Positions 9,327 through 18,275 of a DNA stretch of 32,000 nucleotides are shown here, in pieces. Origin of the DNA: Erysipelotrichaceae bacterium OH741_COT-311 (GTDB lineage Bacteria > Bacillota_I > Bacilli_A > Erysipelotrichales > Erysipelotrichaceae); assembly GCA_003858585.1 (NCBI GenBank), contig RQZE01000008.1, positions 1-32,000 of the forward strand. The letters run 5' to 3'. The position numbers and the translations under genes are program-made. The notes under the pieces were generated by a model, which had not been told where the DNA came from, searched no databases, and saw nothing but the letters and a program-made list of their open reading frames with translations. Each line of letters begins with the position of its first letter. Positions within the stretch are counted from its first letter, which is position 1.

Positions 9327-10212
9327 CTTTCTTGATTCCCACACTTAAATCTAGTGATAAGATATCTTCTGTTTTATCATTTAAAAAACCAATATAGGAA
9401 TCTATAATATCTTCAATTCCATCATTTAATCTTATCCATTTATTATTTATTTTTACTTTACAATTTAAGATGTCAATTAATTCATGTTTTTGTTGAATCG
9501 TAAACTTATTTATTACATTTTCATAAACCCAAATATCTATAATACAGCGAAACGTTTCAATGAAATCATATGTTAAATTAAAGGGATTACTTTCACCGAT
9601 GTGATGTATCCCAAGTTGTGAAAGTAAGCCTCTTGATGCAATACATTTTGTGATATAGCTAGCTATGATTTTATAACCATAATTTAAAGCATAGTTAATT
9701 TCGCCTTCATCATCTCGCTTAAAATCACTACCAAACAATAAGCTAAAATATAATTTCGCACTAGCTGCTTCTCGATTAGTTTGATCATCATTATATACAC
9801 TTTCTTGATACTGTTTCAGCGTATAAATTTGATCTGTGATATCTAGCAATAATAAGGCATCTATTTCTGTTTGTATTTTATCTTCCACAATTTTCTTCCA
9901 TAATTTTTTCTTTCTGGTAATCTTCCAATTTATTTGTTTATTAAGTTGTTTAAAAGATAAAGAATGATTATTAAATGGATTAAATACTCCGATAGGATCA
10001 TTTTTATCATTACAAATTAATACATTTACATTATGTTCTATCAATTTAGATAGAATAGGTATGGTTAATATCATCTTTTCATGACTAAAAATAACTGTAT
10101 CAATATCACTAATTGGAACATTAATATATTCGCCATCTACATGCACACGCATTGAATTATAGTTTAATGAAATCTTACACTCTTCGTTAATAATTATTGT
10201 TTTCCAACCCAT
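9316..10212 (-). CDS. cas1: CRISPR-associated integrase Cas1 (type II)
   Basis: 'MGWKTIIINEE...' is the typical type II Cas1 N-terminus, giving 298 aa from the ATG at 10212. The longer ORF-track form begins at a GTG inside the tracrRNA terminator and lacks an RBS. Confidence 0.92.
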   Translation of the reverse strand: MGWKTIIINEECKISLNYNSMRVHVDGEYINVPISDIDTVIFSHEKMILTIPILSKLIEHNVNVLICNDKNDPIGVFNPFNNHSLSFKQLNKQINWKITRKKKLWKKIVEDKIQTEIDALLLLDITDQIYTLKQYQESVYNDDQTNREAASAKLYFSLLFGSDFKRDDEGEINYALNYGYKIIASYITKCIASRGLLSQLGIHHIGESNPFNLTYDFIETFRCIIDIWVYENVINKFTIQQKHELIDILNCKVKINNKWIRLNDGIEDIIDSYIGFLNDKTEDILSLDLSVGIKKDEC

Positions 10213-10307
10213 AAAACAAAAAATAAGGTGACCACCATTAGCCACCTTTGATAAGTTTCAAATTTAATTTTATCCTTCCAGATTAATTAAATTTGTAATA
10301 TTTGTAC
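10213..10307 (-). ncRNA. tracrRNA
   Basis: The minus-sense transcript starts with GTACAAATATTACAAATTTAATTAATC (10281-10307), a perfect 27-nt complement of crRNA repeat positions 10-36. Next come the partially pairing TGGAAGGA, then an AAGG...CTTATCAA nexus-like segment that parallels the type II-A AAGG...GTTATCAA pattern. It ends with the hairpin AAGGTG..CACCTT and ATTTTTTGTTTT, just before the cas1 ATG. Confidence 0.8.
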
Positions 10308-10311
10308 ATTT

Positions 10312-10339
10312 ATTATAGCATAGATACTTACAATGTCCA
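10312..10339 (-). promoter_or_regulatory. tracrRNA promoter inside the 3' end of cas9
   Basis: Minus sense: TGGACA (10334-10339), a 16-nt spacer and TGCTATAAT (10312-10320). The -10 element ends 4 nt before the anti-repeat, so the predicted start is at or within the first bases of the anti-repeat. Confidence 0.6.
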
Positions 10340-13300
10340 GTAGAATTTCTCTTTTCTTATCTTTGAAAATTTATTTAAATGCTGATTTGGACCATGTATT
10401 TCTAACTTACCATGTTTATTCTTTTTAAATCGGAAGCCTAGAGGACTATATTTTAATTTTATGTATTCAGCATTTCCTCTTAATAAATTTTTAATTCCTG
10501 GTCTTTTTCTATTTTCATTTAGATTAAAATCTGAATTTATTTTTTGAATTCTAAACGATAAATAAGCAACAATCATTGAAAACTCTGATAATGTCTTCTT
10601 CTTTACTCTAGCATCGATATATTTATCTACATGTAGAAAGGCATCTACATCTCCATAGTTTTTTAAAAATTGCTTTGCATCTTCAATCAATGTTTTTAAT
10701 TCTAAATTTTCAAATCGATTTTCTTTTACTTTTAAATTATATTTATCAATAATGTCATTCTTGAATTTGTCTCTAATACCATATAATTGATAATGACTGA
10801 AAATGTCAAAATCTTTTAATTCAATTGTTTTTCCTTTCAAAGATCCTGTTAAGAATAATTGTATTTGTTGTGTATCTGTATCATAAATCAAATCGTTATT
10901 ATATGCTCTAAATCTAAAATAATATTCTTTTAATTGATTGTTTTTATCAATCAGTTCAGGAAATCTATAATATTCTTTAATCAATTTTATATAAGCATCC
11001 TTATTAATATTACCTTTTGAATCAACAATAAACTTTGGTATTTGAATTCCTACTGTTTTTCGATTACCTTTACCATCATTTACTTTATAAAAATCCACCG
11101 CAACACAATTTATACCTGAAAAATTTCTTTCTTCATTATTAATTTTCATTAAACTTAAAACACTTGTATCATCTTCTTTTTTTGGTGAATAAAGCGTTGC
11201 GTTAAACAATTCCCCTTTATAGTTTTTATTGACCTTTATTGCATAAAGTGGAACGGTAGATTTTATTTTATACACCAATGATTCATAATCAATATAATTT
11301 TCATTAAAAGTTTTTTGGTATAAATATTGTATCAAGTAATCATTTTTACTGTTTCTTCCATAGCTTTTATGTTTTGATGCATCATTTAGATTTTTCAAGA
11401 AGTTTTGGTAGTACTCATTTCTTCTGAAACTATATGCTGGAAAATGATAATCCAATACTTTATCTGTAATTGCTGCAACAGAAGCATCATAGGCATGATG
11501 TTGTACCCCATAATCACGATGTTTTTCAAAACCAAGTGCTTGACGATAAATCGCAATAATCCAAGCTTTTAAAGCTATAATCTTTGTATTCATGTTATTA
11601 ACCTTATGATAAGCCTGTAAAATTGCCATAATTTCTCGAATAATGTAGCGAGTATCCACAAGATTACGATTAATGAAATCCATAGCTTCTTCAGTATTTT
11701 CTAACATTAATTGCTTTAACTTCTTATCTGAAATTAATTTCAATTCATGTAGTTCTTTACATCTTTCAACAAAGTCACTTGCAATGACTGTTTTACCATG
11801 TACATCCACAAGTTCTCCACTATTAATGTACTCTAATGGTACTCGGTTACTTTTTTTAGCATTATAAATTCTTTTTGTCAGCATCAAATTATCGAATGAG
11901 TTATCTCCAAATCCTCTTGGTAAAATATGATCCACTTCATAATCTTGTAGGTTTGCTAAAGAGATTTTTTCACCGGTTAATAAATCACATGCATTTTGCC
12001 TTAAATACAATTCGATGGCTTGCTGATTTTTTTGTAAATAATTCTTAATTTCTTCCCACGTTTCAAGTTGGCTTTTATTAAAAACTTTACTGTTATTTTC
12101 TTCATATTGTTTTATTAAACTTTCATATAAAATTTTTAATTCTTCTTCTTTTTTCTTCGGTTTCGATTTTTTTACAGTATTATCACTAAAATCTCTAGCT
12201 GTTTCAATAACAATACGGTCAACTTCTCCATAAGTCTTTAATATTTCCCCATACAATTTGAAAAATTCATTGACTGTACGAATGACTGCGCGCGACATTG
12301 GAATAAGTGCTTTTGTCTCTCCTTTTGGAAGTAAAAGATTAATATCTAAAGCGTTATGTTTTTCTAATCTTGCAATATATTTATTAGACTCTAAATTTAA
12401 TAAATTTCCTTTTTCATCACAAGCTTCATTAATCAATGTCATCTGTTCATTGGTAATATCTTTACGATTATTGTTAAATAAAGCCTCTAGCATTGTCTCG
12501 TGATCTTTATTAATTTTAATTTCATTGATTAATTTTAAAGAATAATTTAAAAACCCCGTTGTATTTAGCTTAGATAACGCTTTGGCATAATCTTCGCTAA
12601 GATTTTTATATTGTTTAAAATTATCAAACTTACTTTTTTCATCATCATAAATACTTAAATCCAAAATAATTTTTTCGATTTCTTTAACCTTATTTTCATC
12701 TTTAAAAATCATTTCTATCGTATCTATTTCAAGCTCTTTAACAACCTTCTTTATTTTAAAATACATTGTATAACGACTGTTGAATTCTTTTTCTGCGCCA
12801 CTTTTTGTTTTAAATGATTTTAATTGTAAACAATCTACAATATCTTTGAATTTCACTTTTTCTTTCTTTAAGAATAATTCATTGAATACTTTTACTTTAT
12901 CTTCATAAGTTAGATAATATTGGTTCCCATGTTTATCTTCTGCTTGTAAAATATTTAATTCATTAACGATATTAAATGTTTCTCCGATAAAGGATCCTTT
13001 TGGTAAAGCATACTCATCCGGAAAATACGTACATCTTGAAATCATACGTTCTTTCCATTTTTTAATAGTCTCTAACTCATTTACACAGCCATGCTTTAAT
13101 GCATATTCATAACTATATTTAATATTTCCGTTTTTAACTAGCCATGCATTTTTAGCTCTTTCACTTAAGGGCCCAACAAAATATGGAATTTTTGCTTTGA
13201 TGATTGAAATACAAACATCAATAAATTCATCTGTGATTTCTGGATAGTGATTTTGTTGTTGCTTCAAAATAGATCTTGCTTCTTTAGTGTATAATCCGTT

Positions 13301-14281
13301 TGGATAAACATTATGCAAATTTTTTACCACACGTAAACGATTCCCTTTTGCAACACTCATCTTATCTTTTATTTTTTTTGTTTCAGTTTTATAAAGAGCT
13401 TCATCGTTTTTTTCTAAAGAATAAATTTCTTTTACTCTTTCTAGTTCTTGAACATGCAGTTCACATAGATATTGATGATTTGATAATGTTTTTGATGTTT
13501 TTAAAATAAAATATAAATTCATTAACTTTTTAATAAATTCAATCGTTATTTCTTCCTTTTTAACAAGATCATCCATTTTAATGTTATATTCATCCCCATA
13601 CCAACTGGATAAATCGGCTTTGTAAGATGATAATAGTTTGATTATTTCCATTAATAATTTTTGCTCATCTTCTACTTCACAGAATATATTTTCTTTAAAG
13701 GTATTTTTAATATCTTTTAATGATAAATGTCCTTTGTAAAGTTTTGTTAATACTTCTTTCTCAAAGACCACTAAATTATCAATATGACAAACACTATTAA
13801 TTACCTCATAAAACTCTTGAATAAATCTTTTAACATCTAAACTTTTACTATTTTCAAAATCAATTGTTTCATTCAAAAAATTTCCACGTGCTTGTAAAAT
13901 ATTGTATAAACATAAAAACAATTCTCTTTTTGATATTTTTTCATGTAACCCTTTTTTTCTTAAATGATAAACCGTTTCTTCTTCAGGTCGTTTAAACCAT
14001 TCATTATTTGTAGTGAAGCTTAAAAATCCTTCTTTGCATACTTCATTTTCATTTAAAACATGAAAATCATGAAAAGCTTCTTTTAACTGTTCTTTTCTCC
14101 ATTTTTTTCGTCTTAATGTTCTACGAGCATTGCGATATCCTCTTGCTACTTTTGCTTGTTTGGCTTCATCGAAAACGGATACTCCCATATCAACTACATT
14201 GTTGTTTTCTAGGTCTAATAATGACCAACCGATTGATGTAATACCTAAATCGATGCCTAATGTATAATTATTTTGATTCAT
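10328..14281 (-). CDS. cas9: Cas9 (type II-A), 1317 aa
   Basis: RuvC-I 'LGIDLGITSIGWSL'. Arg-rich bridge helix 'ARGYRNARRTLRRKKWRKEQL'. RuvC-II 'IVIETARD'. HNH 'YEVDHILPRGFGDNSFDNLMLTKRIYNAKKSNRVP'. RuvC-III 'HHAYDA'. AAAGGAGG RBS upstream. Confidence 0.98.
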   Translation of the reverse strand: MNQNNYTLGIDLGITSIGWSLLDLENNNVVDMGVSVFDEAKQAKVARGYRNARRTLRRKKWRKEQLKEAFHDFHVLNENEVCKEGFLSFTTNNEWFKRPEEETVYHLRKKGLHEKISKRELFLCLYNILQARGNFLNETIDFENSKSLDVKRFIQEFYEVINSVCHIDNLVVFEKEVLTKLYKGHLSLKDIKNTFKENIFCEVEDEQKLLMEIIKLLSSYKADLSSWYGDEYNIKMDDLVKKEEITIEFIKKLMNLYFILKTSKTLSNHQYLCELHVQELERVKEIYSLEKNDEALYKTETKKIKDKMSVAKGNRLRVVKNLHNVYPNGLYTKEARSILKQQQNHYPEITDEFIDVCISIIKAKIPYFVGPLSERAKNAWLVKNGNIKYSYEYALKHGCVNELETIKKWKERMISRCTYFPDEYALPKGSFIGETFNIVNELNILQAEDKHGNQYYLTYEDKVKVFNELFLKKEKVKFKDIVDCLQLKSFKTKSGAEKEFNSRYTMYFKIKKVVKELEIDTIEMIFKDENKVKEIEKIILDLSIYDDEKSKFDNFKQYKNLSEDYAKALSKLNTTGFLNYSLKLINEIKINKDHETMLEALFNNNRKDITNEQMTLINEACDEKGNLLNLESNKYIARLEKHNALDINLLLPKGETKALIPMSRAVIRTVNEFFKLYGEILKTYGEVDRIVIETARDFSDNTVKKSKPKKKEEELKILYESLIKQYEENNSKVFNKSQLETWEEIKNYLQKNQQAIELYLRQNACDLLTGEKISLANLQDYEVDHILPRGFGDNSFDNLMLTKRIYNAKKSNRVPLEYINSGELVDVHGKTVIASDFVERCKELHELKLISDKKLKQLMLENTEEAMDFINRNLVDTRYIIREIMAILQAYHKVNNMNTKIIALKAWIIAIYRQALGFEKHRDYGVQHHAYDASVAAITDKVLDYHFPAYSFRRNEYYQNFLKNLNDASKHKSYGRNSKNDYLIQYLYQKTFNENYIDYESLVYKIKSTVPLYAIKVNKNYKGELFNATLYSPKKEDDTSVLSLMKINNEERNFSGINCVAVDFYKVNDGKGNRKTVGIQIPKFIVDSKGNINKDAYIKLIKEYYRFPELIDKNNQLKEYYFRFRAYNNDLIYDTDTQQIQLFLTGSLKGKTIELKDFDIFSHYQLYGIRDKFKNDIIDKYNLKVKENRFENLELKTLIEDAKQFLKNYGDVDAFLHVDKYIDARVKKKTLSEFSMIVAYLSFRIQKINSDFNLNENRKRPGIKNLLRGNAEYIKLKYSPLGFRFKKNKHGKLEIHGPNQHLNKFSKIRKEKFYWTL

Positions 14282-14567
14282 ATAAATCCTCCTTTTCTTT
14301 CCTTAAATAAACCACAATATTTTATTTGTTAGTTTCTATATCTCATTTTACAACTTTACTGATTGTTTTAAAGATTTTTTAAAAAATATATTAAAATATA
14401 CAATAAATATACCTATAATTGTCGTATATTTTCCCTTACAATAGCAACACTACACTTTATTTGCAAATTAGATAGTTTAGTAAGATACAAAACACATCTA
14501 ATCAAGTTAAATAGTTAAAGCGTGCTGTGTTCTTTCCTTTTCCTCCTATTTTCCTTATAATACCCCT

Positions 14568-15005
14568 ATGATTACCTTAATTGTTGCGATAAACCACACA
14601 AACTCTATAGGATTAAACAACAAGCTACCTTGGCATAATCCTGATGAGTTACAATACTTTAAACAGATTACCATGGGTAAGACCCTTTACGTTGGTCATA
14701 ACACCTATAAGCATCTACCACCTTTACCAGGACGTAAGATTAAAGTCATTGGACATAACAAAGATGTCCAAGACTTTCATACGTTTTTACTGAATCATCA
14801 AGATTCCAAAGAAGACATCTATATCATTGGTGGGGCTAGTATCTTTAACCAAGCGTTGCCTTACGCCTCATATCTCTATCTCAGTATTGTTAACGATGAC
14901 ACCTTAGGAGATTGCTTTTTCAAGTTTAATCCTTCGCTATACACCCATACTCTTTTACAAAAACAGCCCACCTTCACAAGCTATCTGCTAACAAAAAAAG
15001 AATAA
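14568..15005 (+). CDS. folA: Dihydrofolate reductase (short, divergent)
   Basis: 145 aa. 'MITLIVAIN..SIGLNNKLPWHNPDELQYFKQIT' and 'LPGRKIKVI' match the DHFR N-terminal motifs, and 'IYIIGGASIF' matches the GG motif. The usual MGRKT is replaced by VGHNT. Confidence 0.8.
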   Translation: MITLIVAINHTNSIGLNNKLPWHNPDELQYFKQITMGKTLYVGHNTYKHLPPLPGRKIKVIGHNKDVQDFHTFLLNHQDSKEDIYIIGGASIFNQALPYASYLYLSIVNDDTLGDCFFKFNPSLYTHTLLQKQPTFTSYLLTKKE

Positions 15006-15013
15006 AGTTTCCT

Positions 15014-15874
15014 TTATTCTTCAATCATCCCTAACAATTCTAAAATACGATTTAAATCGGCAACATCTTGATATTTAATCACAATCTGTTTTGGTTCAAC
15101 ACTGACATTGGTAGATAAACGACTTTGCATATAATCTTGAACATATCGAAGCTTTGGATCTTGTTTCTTTTCCAATTTGATATGTTTTTTTGGTTTTTCT
15201 TTGCTCACCAATAGTTCTACATCACGTACAGAAATCCCTTGTTCAATGACTTTCATGGCTATATCATAAGCACGTCCCTCATCTTCCAAAGGTAACAATG
15301 CACGGGCATGACCCATCGATAACTTATCTTCTTGTATCAACTGTTGGATCGACTTTGGCAGCTTCAATAAACGTAAAATATTTGTAATGTGTGCACGTGA
15401 CTTCCCTACTTTACTCGCCAGTTTTTCTTGCGTATAACCATAACGTTCTATCAAACGCTGATACGCCATTGCCTCTTCAATCACACTTAAGTTTTCACGT
15501 TGAATGTTTTCAAGCAATGAGAGTTCCATCATTTGCTCTTCCGTAAACTCCATAACAATCGCTTTAATTGTCTTTAAACCGGCAAGTTTACTGGCACGCA
15601 AACGTCGCTCTCCCGCTAAAAGTTCATATCCTTGTACACTTTTACGTACTAAGATTGGCTGAAACATTCCATGCTCCTTGATAGAGGCGGCAAGTTCATG
15701 AATCTTTTCGTCATTAAATACCTTACGAGGTTGATAAGGATTTGGACGAATCTTGCTGAGCTCAATTTCTTCTACTCCGTTGGTTGCGATCTTTCCTTGT
15801 TGGATATTTTCAATGACTGTATCAATGTCATTTCCAAAAATTGCTTCCAGTCCTTTTCCTAAACGATTAGCCAT
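15014..15874 (-). CDS. parB: Chromosome partitioning protein ParB/Spo0J
   Basis: 'MANRLGKGLEAIF' N-terminus, ParB box 'LLAGERRLRAS' and HTH 'AHITNILRLLKLP'. The start at 15874 is preferred over 15892. It overlaps the parA end. Confidence 0.92.
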   Translation of the reverse strand: MANRLGKGLEAIFGNDIDTVIENIQQGKIATNGVEEIELSKIRPNPYQPRKVFNDEKIHELAASIKEHGMFQPILVRKSVQGYELLAGERRLRASKLAGLKTIKAIVMEFTEEQMMELSLLENIQRENLSVIEEAMAYQRLIERYGYTQEKLASKVGKSRAHITNILRLLKLPKSIQQLIQEDKLSMGHARALLPLEDEGRAYDIAMKVIEQGISVRDVELLVSKEKPKKHIKLEKKQDPKLRYVQDYMQSRLSTNVSVEPKQIVIKYQDVADLNRILELLGMIEE

Positions 15875-16652
15875 GTAAGCCCTCCTTTGCATTTGCTTGT
15901 AATACTTCTTGTGCTAAAGCTACATAAGCCTTGGAACCTTCCGAATGAAACGCATATTCAAATATCGTTTTCCCTTGTGATGGTGCCTCTGACAATTTTA
16001 CATTACGAGGAATGTAACTACGATAGACACGCTCTTTAAAATACTTACGCACTTCTTGTTGAACTTCAAACGACAACTTTGTACGTGTATCAAACATCGT
16101 CAGTAAAACCCCTTCAATCATTAAAGAAGGATTAAATAAACGTTGTACTAAACTAATAGTAGATAATAATTGGGTTAAACCCTCCAAAGCATAGTACTCA
16201 CATTGTACCGGAATAATAATCGAATCGGCAGCAGTAAGAGCGTTGGTATTTAATAAACCTAAGGAAGGCGGACAATCAATAATAATATAATCATAGTCCT
16301 CTTTCACTTCATCTAATTTATTCTTTAATAATTTTTCTCGACCCACTTTATAGTTCGCCATTTCCAAATCAGCCCCGGCTAAATTAATCGTTGCCGGTAT
16401 TACACTTAATGGAGGCGTCGTTAAATTTACAACCACATCCGCAACACTAGCTCCACTTAACAATAAATCATACACACTTTGATGTAATGTTTCACGACGT
16501 ACACCTACCCCTTGTGTCGCATTGCTTTGAGGATCAAAATCCACCAACAATACTTTCTTACCTGCATAACTTAAACCCGATGCCAAATTTATACTCGTGG
16601 TAGTCTTCCCCACGCCACCTTTTTGATTCGCTACCGCTATAATTTTTCCCAT
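15867..16652 (-). CDS. parA: Chromosome partitioning ATPase ParA/Soj
   Basis: Deviant Walker A 'NQKGGVGKTTT', 'IIIDCPPSLG', 261 aa, immediately upstream of parB. Confidence 0.95.
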   Translation of the reverse strand: MGKIIAVANQKGGVGKTTTSINLASGLSYAGKKVLLVDFDPQSNATQGVGVRRETLHQSVYDLLLSGASVADVVVNLTTPPLSVIPATINLAGADLEMANYKVGREKLLKNKLDEVKEDYDYIIIDCPPSLGLLNTNALTAADSIIIPVQCEYYALEGLTQLLSTISLVQRLFNPSLMIEGVLLTMFDTRTKLSFEVQQEVRKYFKERVYRSYIPRNVKLSEAPSQGKTIFEYAFHSEGSKAYVALAQEVLQANAKEGLHG

Positions 16653-16663
16653 GATGCTTTCCT

Positions 16664-17428
16664 CTACTTCTTAAATTTCACTACAATACTTACTTCTTCA
16701 TCCGTTTCTTCAACTTCACTTGTTGCTGCAATTCCAATCTTATTACACATAGTAACTGCTTGTTGAATGGTATTGATACCAATACGGATATTCTTTGAAA
16801 ACCCTTTTACACTACGTTTTGGTGTAGTTTTCTTTTCTTTAGCACTTTCAATATAATGCTCTGTTTGTTTGACATTCAGCCCTTTTGCAACAATGGTTTC
16901 ATACATTTGTTGTACTTCCTCTTTCGAAGCATTTAACAAAGCACGACCATGACGCTCTGTAATTTGACGTGTTGAAATGGCCTCTTGAATATTGTCCGGC
17001 AACTGTAACAAACGCAACTTATTGGCAATAGTTGATTGCGCTTTGCCCATCTTTTTTGCCAACTCTTCCTGTTTCATACCTGTTTCATGAATTAATTTAT
17101 CATATGCTTTCGCTTGCTCAATCGCCGTTAAATCTTCACGCTGAATATTTTCTACTAACGCCATCTGTGCACTTTCAAGATCACTTGAGTCCATCACAAA
17201 GCATAAAATTTCTTGAAATCCCGCTAAAAGACAAGCACGAAAACGACGCTCTCCTGCAATAATTTCATAGTGTTGCCCTTTTTCACGAACTGTAATGGGC
17301 TGTATTAATCCATTTTCTTTAATCGATAAAGCAAGCTCTTGTAATGCCTCATCCTTAAACTCTAAACGTGGTTGATGCATATTCGCTTTAATTTGATTCA
17401 CATCAATATAAATCGCTTTTTGACTCAT
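16664..17428 (-). CDS. noc: ParB-family nucleoid occlusion protein (Noc-like)
   Basis: 'IIAGERRFRA' ParB box and HTH 'STIANKLRLLQLP'. It sits between rsmG and parA, as in the Bacillus gidB-noc-soj-spo0J arrangement. Confidence 0.75.
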   Translation of the reverse strand: MSQKAIYIDVNQIKANMHQPRLEFKDEALQELALSIKENGLIQPITVREKGQHYEIIAGERRFRACLLAGFQEILCFVMDSSDLESAQMALVENIQREDLTAIEQAKAYDKLIHETGMKQEELAKKMGKAQSTIANKLRLLQLPDNIQEAISTRQITERHGRALLNASKEEVQQMYETIVAKGLNVKQTEHYIESAKEKKTTPKRSVKGFSKNIRIGINTIQQAVTMCNKIGIAATSEVEETDEEVSIVVKFKK

Positions 17429-17440
17429 ATATCCCCCTTG

Positions 17441-18136
17441 TCATAGTGGCATCTTTTTTATTTTGGCATAGTTACGTGGATATTGTTTCGGTGTATCCTT
17501 CCCTTTACGATACACTAAATTTACACGCTTATGCTCATCCATCATAAAGACATCTTCCATTTCTTTTTTACACCCTAATGTCGTAATTGCCTTGCTTGCA
17601 TCTTGATCTTCCTGTAAACCTTTATCACCCTTCATCGCAATAAAGTAACCCCCTACTTTAACCAAAGGGATGCACAATTCACTTAAAACATTTAAATTCG
17701 CAACTGCCCTTGCCGTTACAATATCAAACACTTGTCGATGATTACTTACATACTCTTCCGCACGTGCATTGACAATTTCAACATCCTGTAGCTTTAACGC
17801 TTCCACTAAAGTTGTTAAAAAGAAACAACGCTTTTTTAACGGCTCAATGATGGTTACCTTTAAAGTGGGATTTGCAATCTTTAATGGAATGCTTGGGAAT
17901 CCGGCACCAGAGCCAACATCAGCCAAATGACCATGAACCTTATATACTCGATTAATCAACAAACTATCATAAAAATGCTTTAACACCACTTCTTCAAATG
18001 CAGTGATCGCAGTTAAATTCATTTTTTGATTGTATTCCACTAACAATTGGTAATAGTTAAAAAACTGATCAAGTTGATGTTGATCCAGTTCTATGCCCAT
18101 ATCTAGTGCTTTTTCTTGTAGTTGATTTAGATTCAT
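17441..18136 (-). CDS. rsmG: 16S rRNA (guanine527-N7)-methyltransferase RsmG (GidB)
   Basis: 'NLTAI....VVLKHFYDSL' and the SAM motif 'DVGSGAGFPSIPLKI', 231 aa. Confidence 0.93.
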   Translation of the reverse strand: MNLNQLQEKALDMGIELDQHQLDQFFNYYQLLVEYNQKMNLTAITAFEEVVLKHFYDSLLINRVYKVHGHLADVGSGAGFPSIPLKIANPTLKVTIIEPLKKRCFFLTTLVEALKLQDVEIVNARAEEYVSNHRQVFDIVTARAVANLNVLSELCIPLVKVGGYFIAMKGDKGLQEDQDASKAITTLGCKKEMEDVFMMDEHKRVNLVYRKGKDTPKQYPRNYAKIKKMPL

Positions 18137-18242
18137 GATTTTTCCTCCTAATCATTATACCAAATTAATGGGGAATAATACGGGAAATTTTAATAATTAA
18201 AGGAAACAAGAACTAGTTATATTATCATTAACTTTCACAAAT

Positions 18243-18270
18243 TAAAAAAGGATATTTTTTCAAATATCCC
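18243..18270 (-). terminator. Rho-independent terminator after the lipoprotein gene
   Basis: Hairpin GGATATTT (18250-18257) / AAATATCC (18262-18269). On the minus strand it is followed by TTTTTT (complement of 18244-18249). Confidence 0.7.
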
Positions 18271-18275
18271 AATGC

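Noticed and set aside
10241-10307. Natural single-guide-like tracrRNA (a repeat-like segment folding onto the anti-repeat)
   Set aside because: The repeat-like segment lies 3' of the anti-repeat, whereas an sgRNA-like fold needs it 5' with a guide. Much of the complementarity comes from the palindrome ATTTAATTAAAT inside the repeat. It is mentioned only as a possible competing structure.
11673-13509. Plus-strand ORFs of 64-81 aa antisense to cas9 (11673-11867, 12258-12503, 13300-13509)
   Set aside because: They lie entirely inside a confidently called, motif-rich gene on the opposite strand, and have no RBS or recognisable domains. The same reasoning applies to the other antisense ORFs in the track, which overlap the tatD, mnmE, parB, noc, lipoprotein, mnmG, GNAT, membrane-protein and methyltransferase genes.
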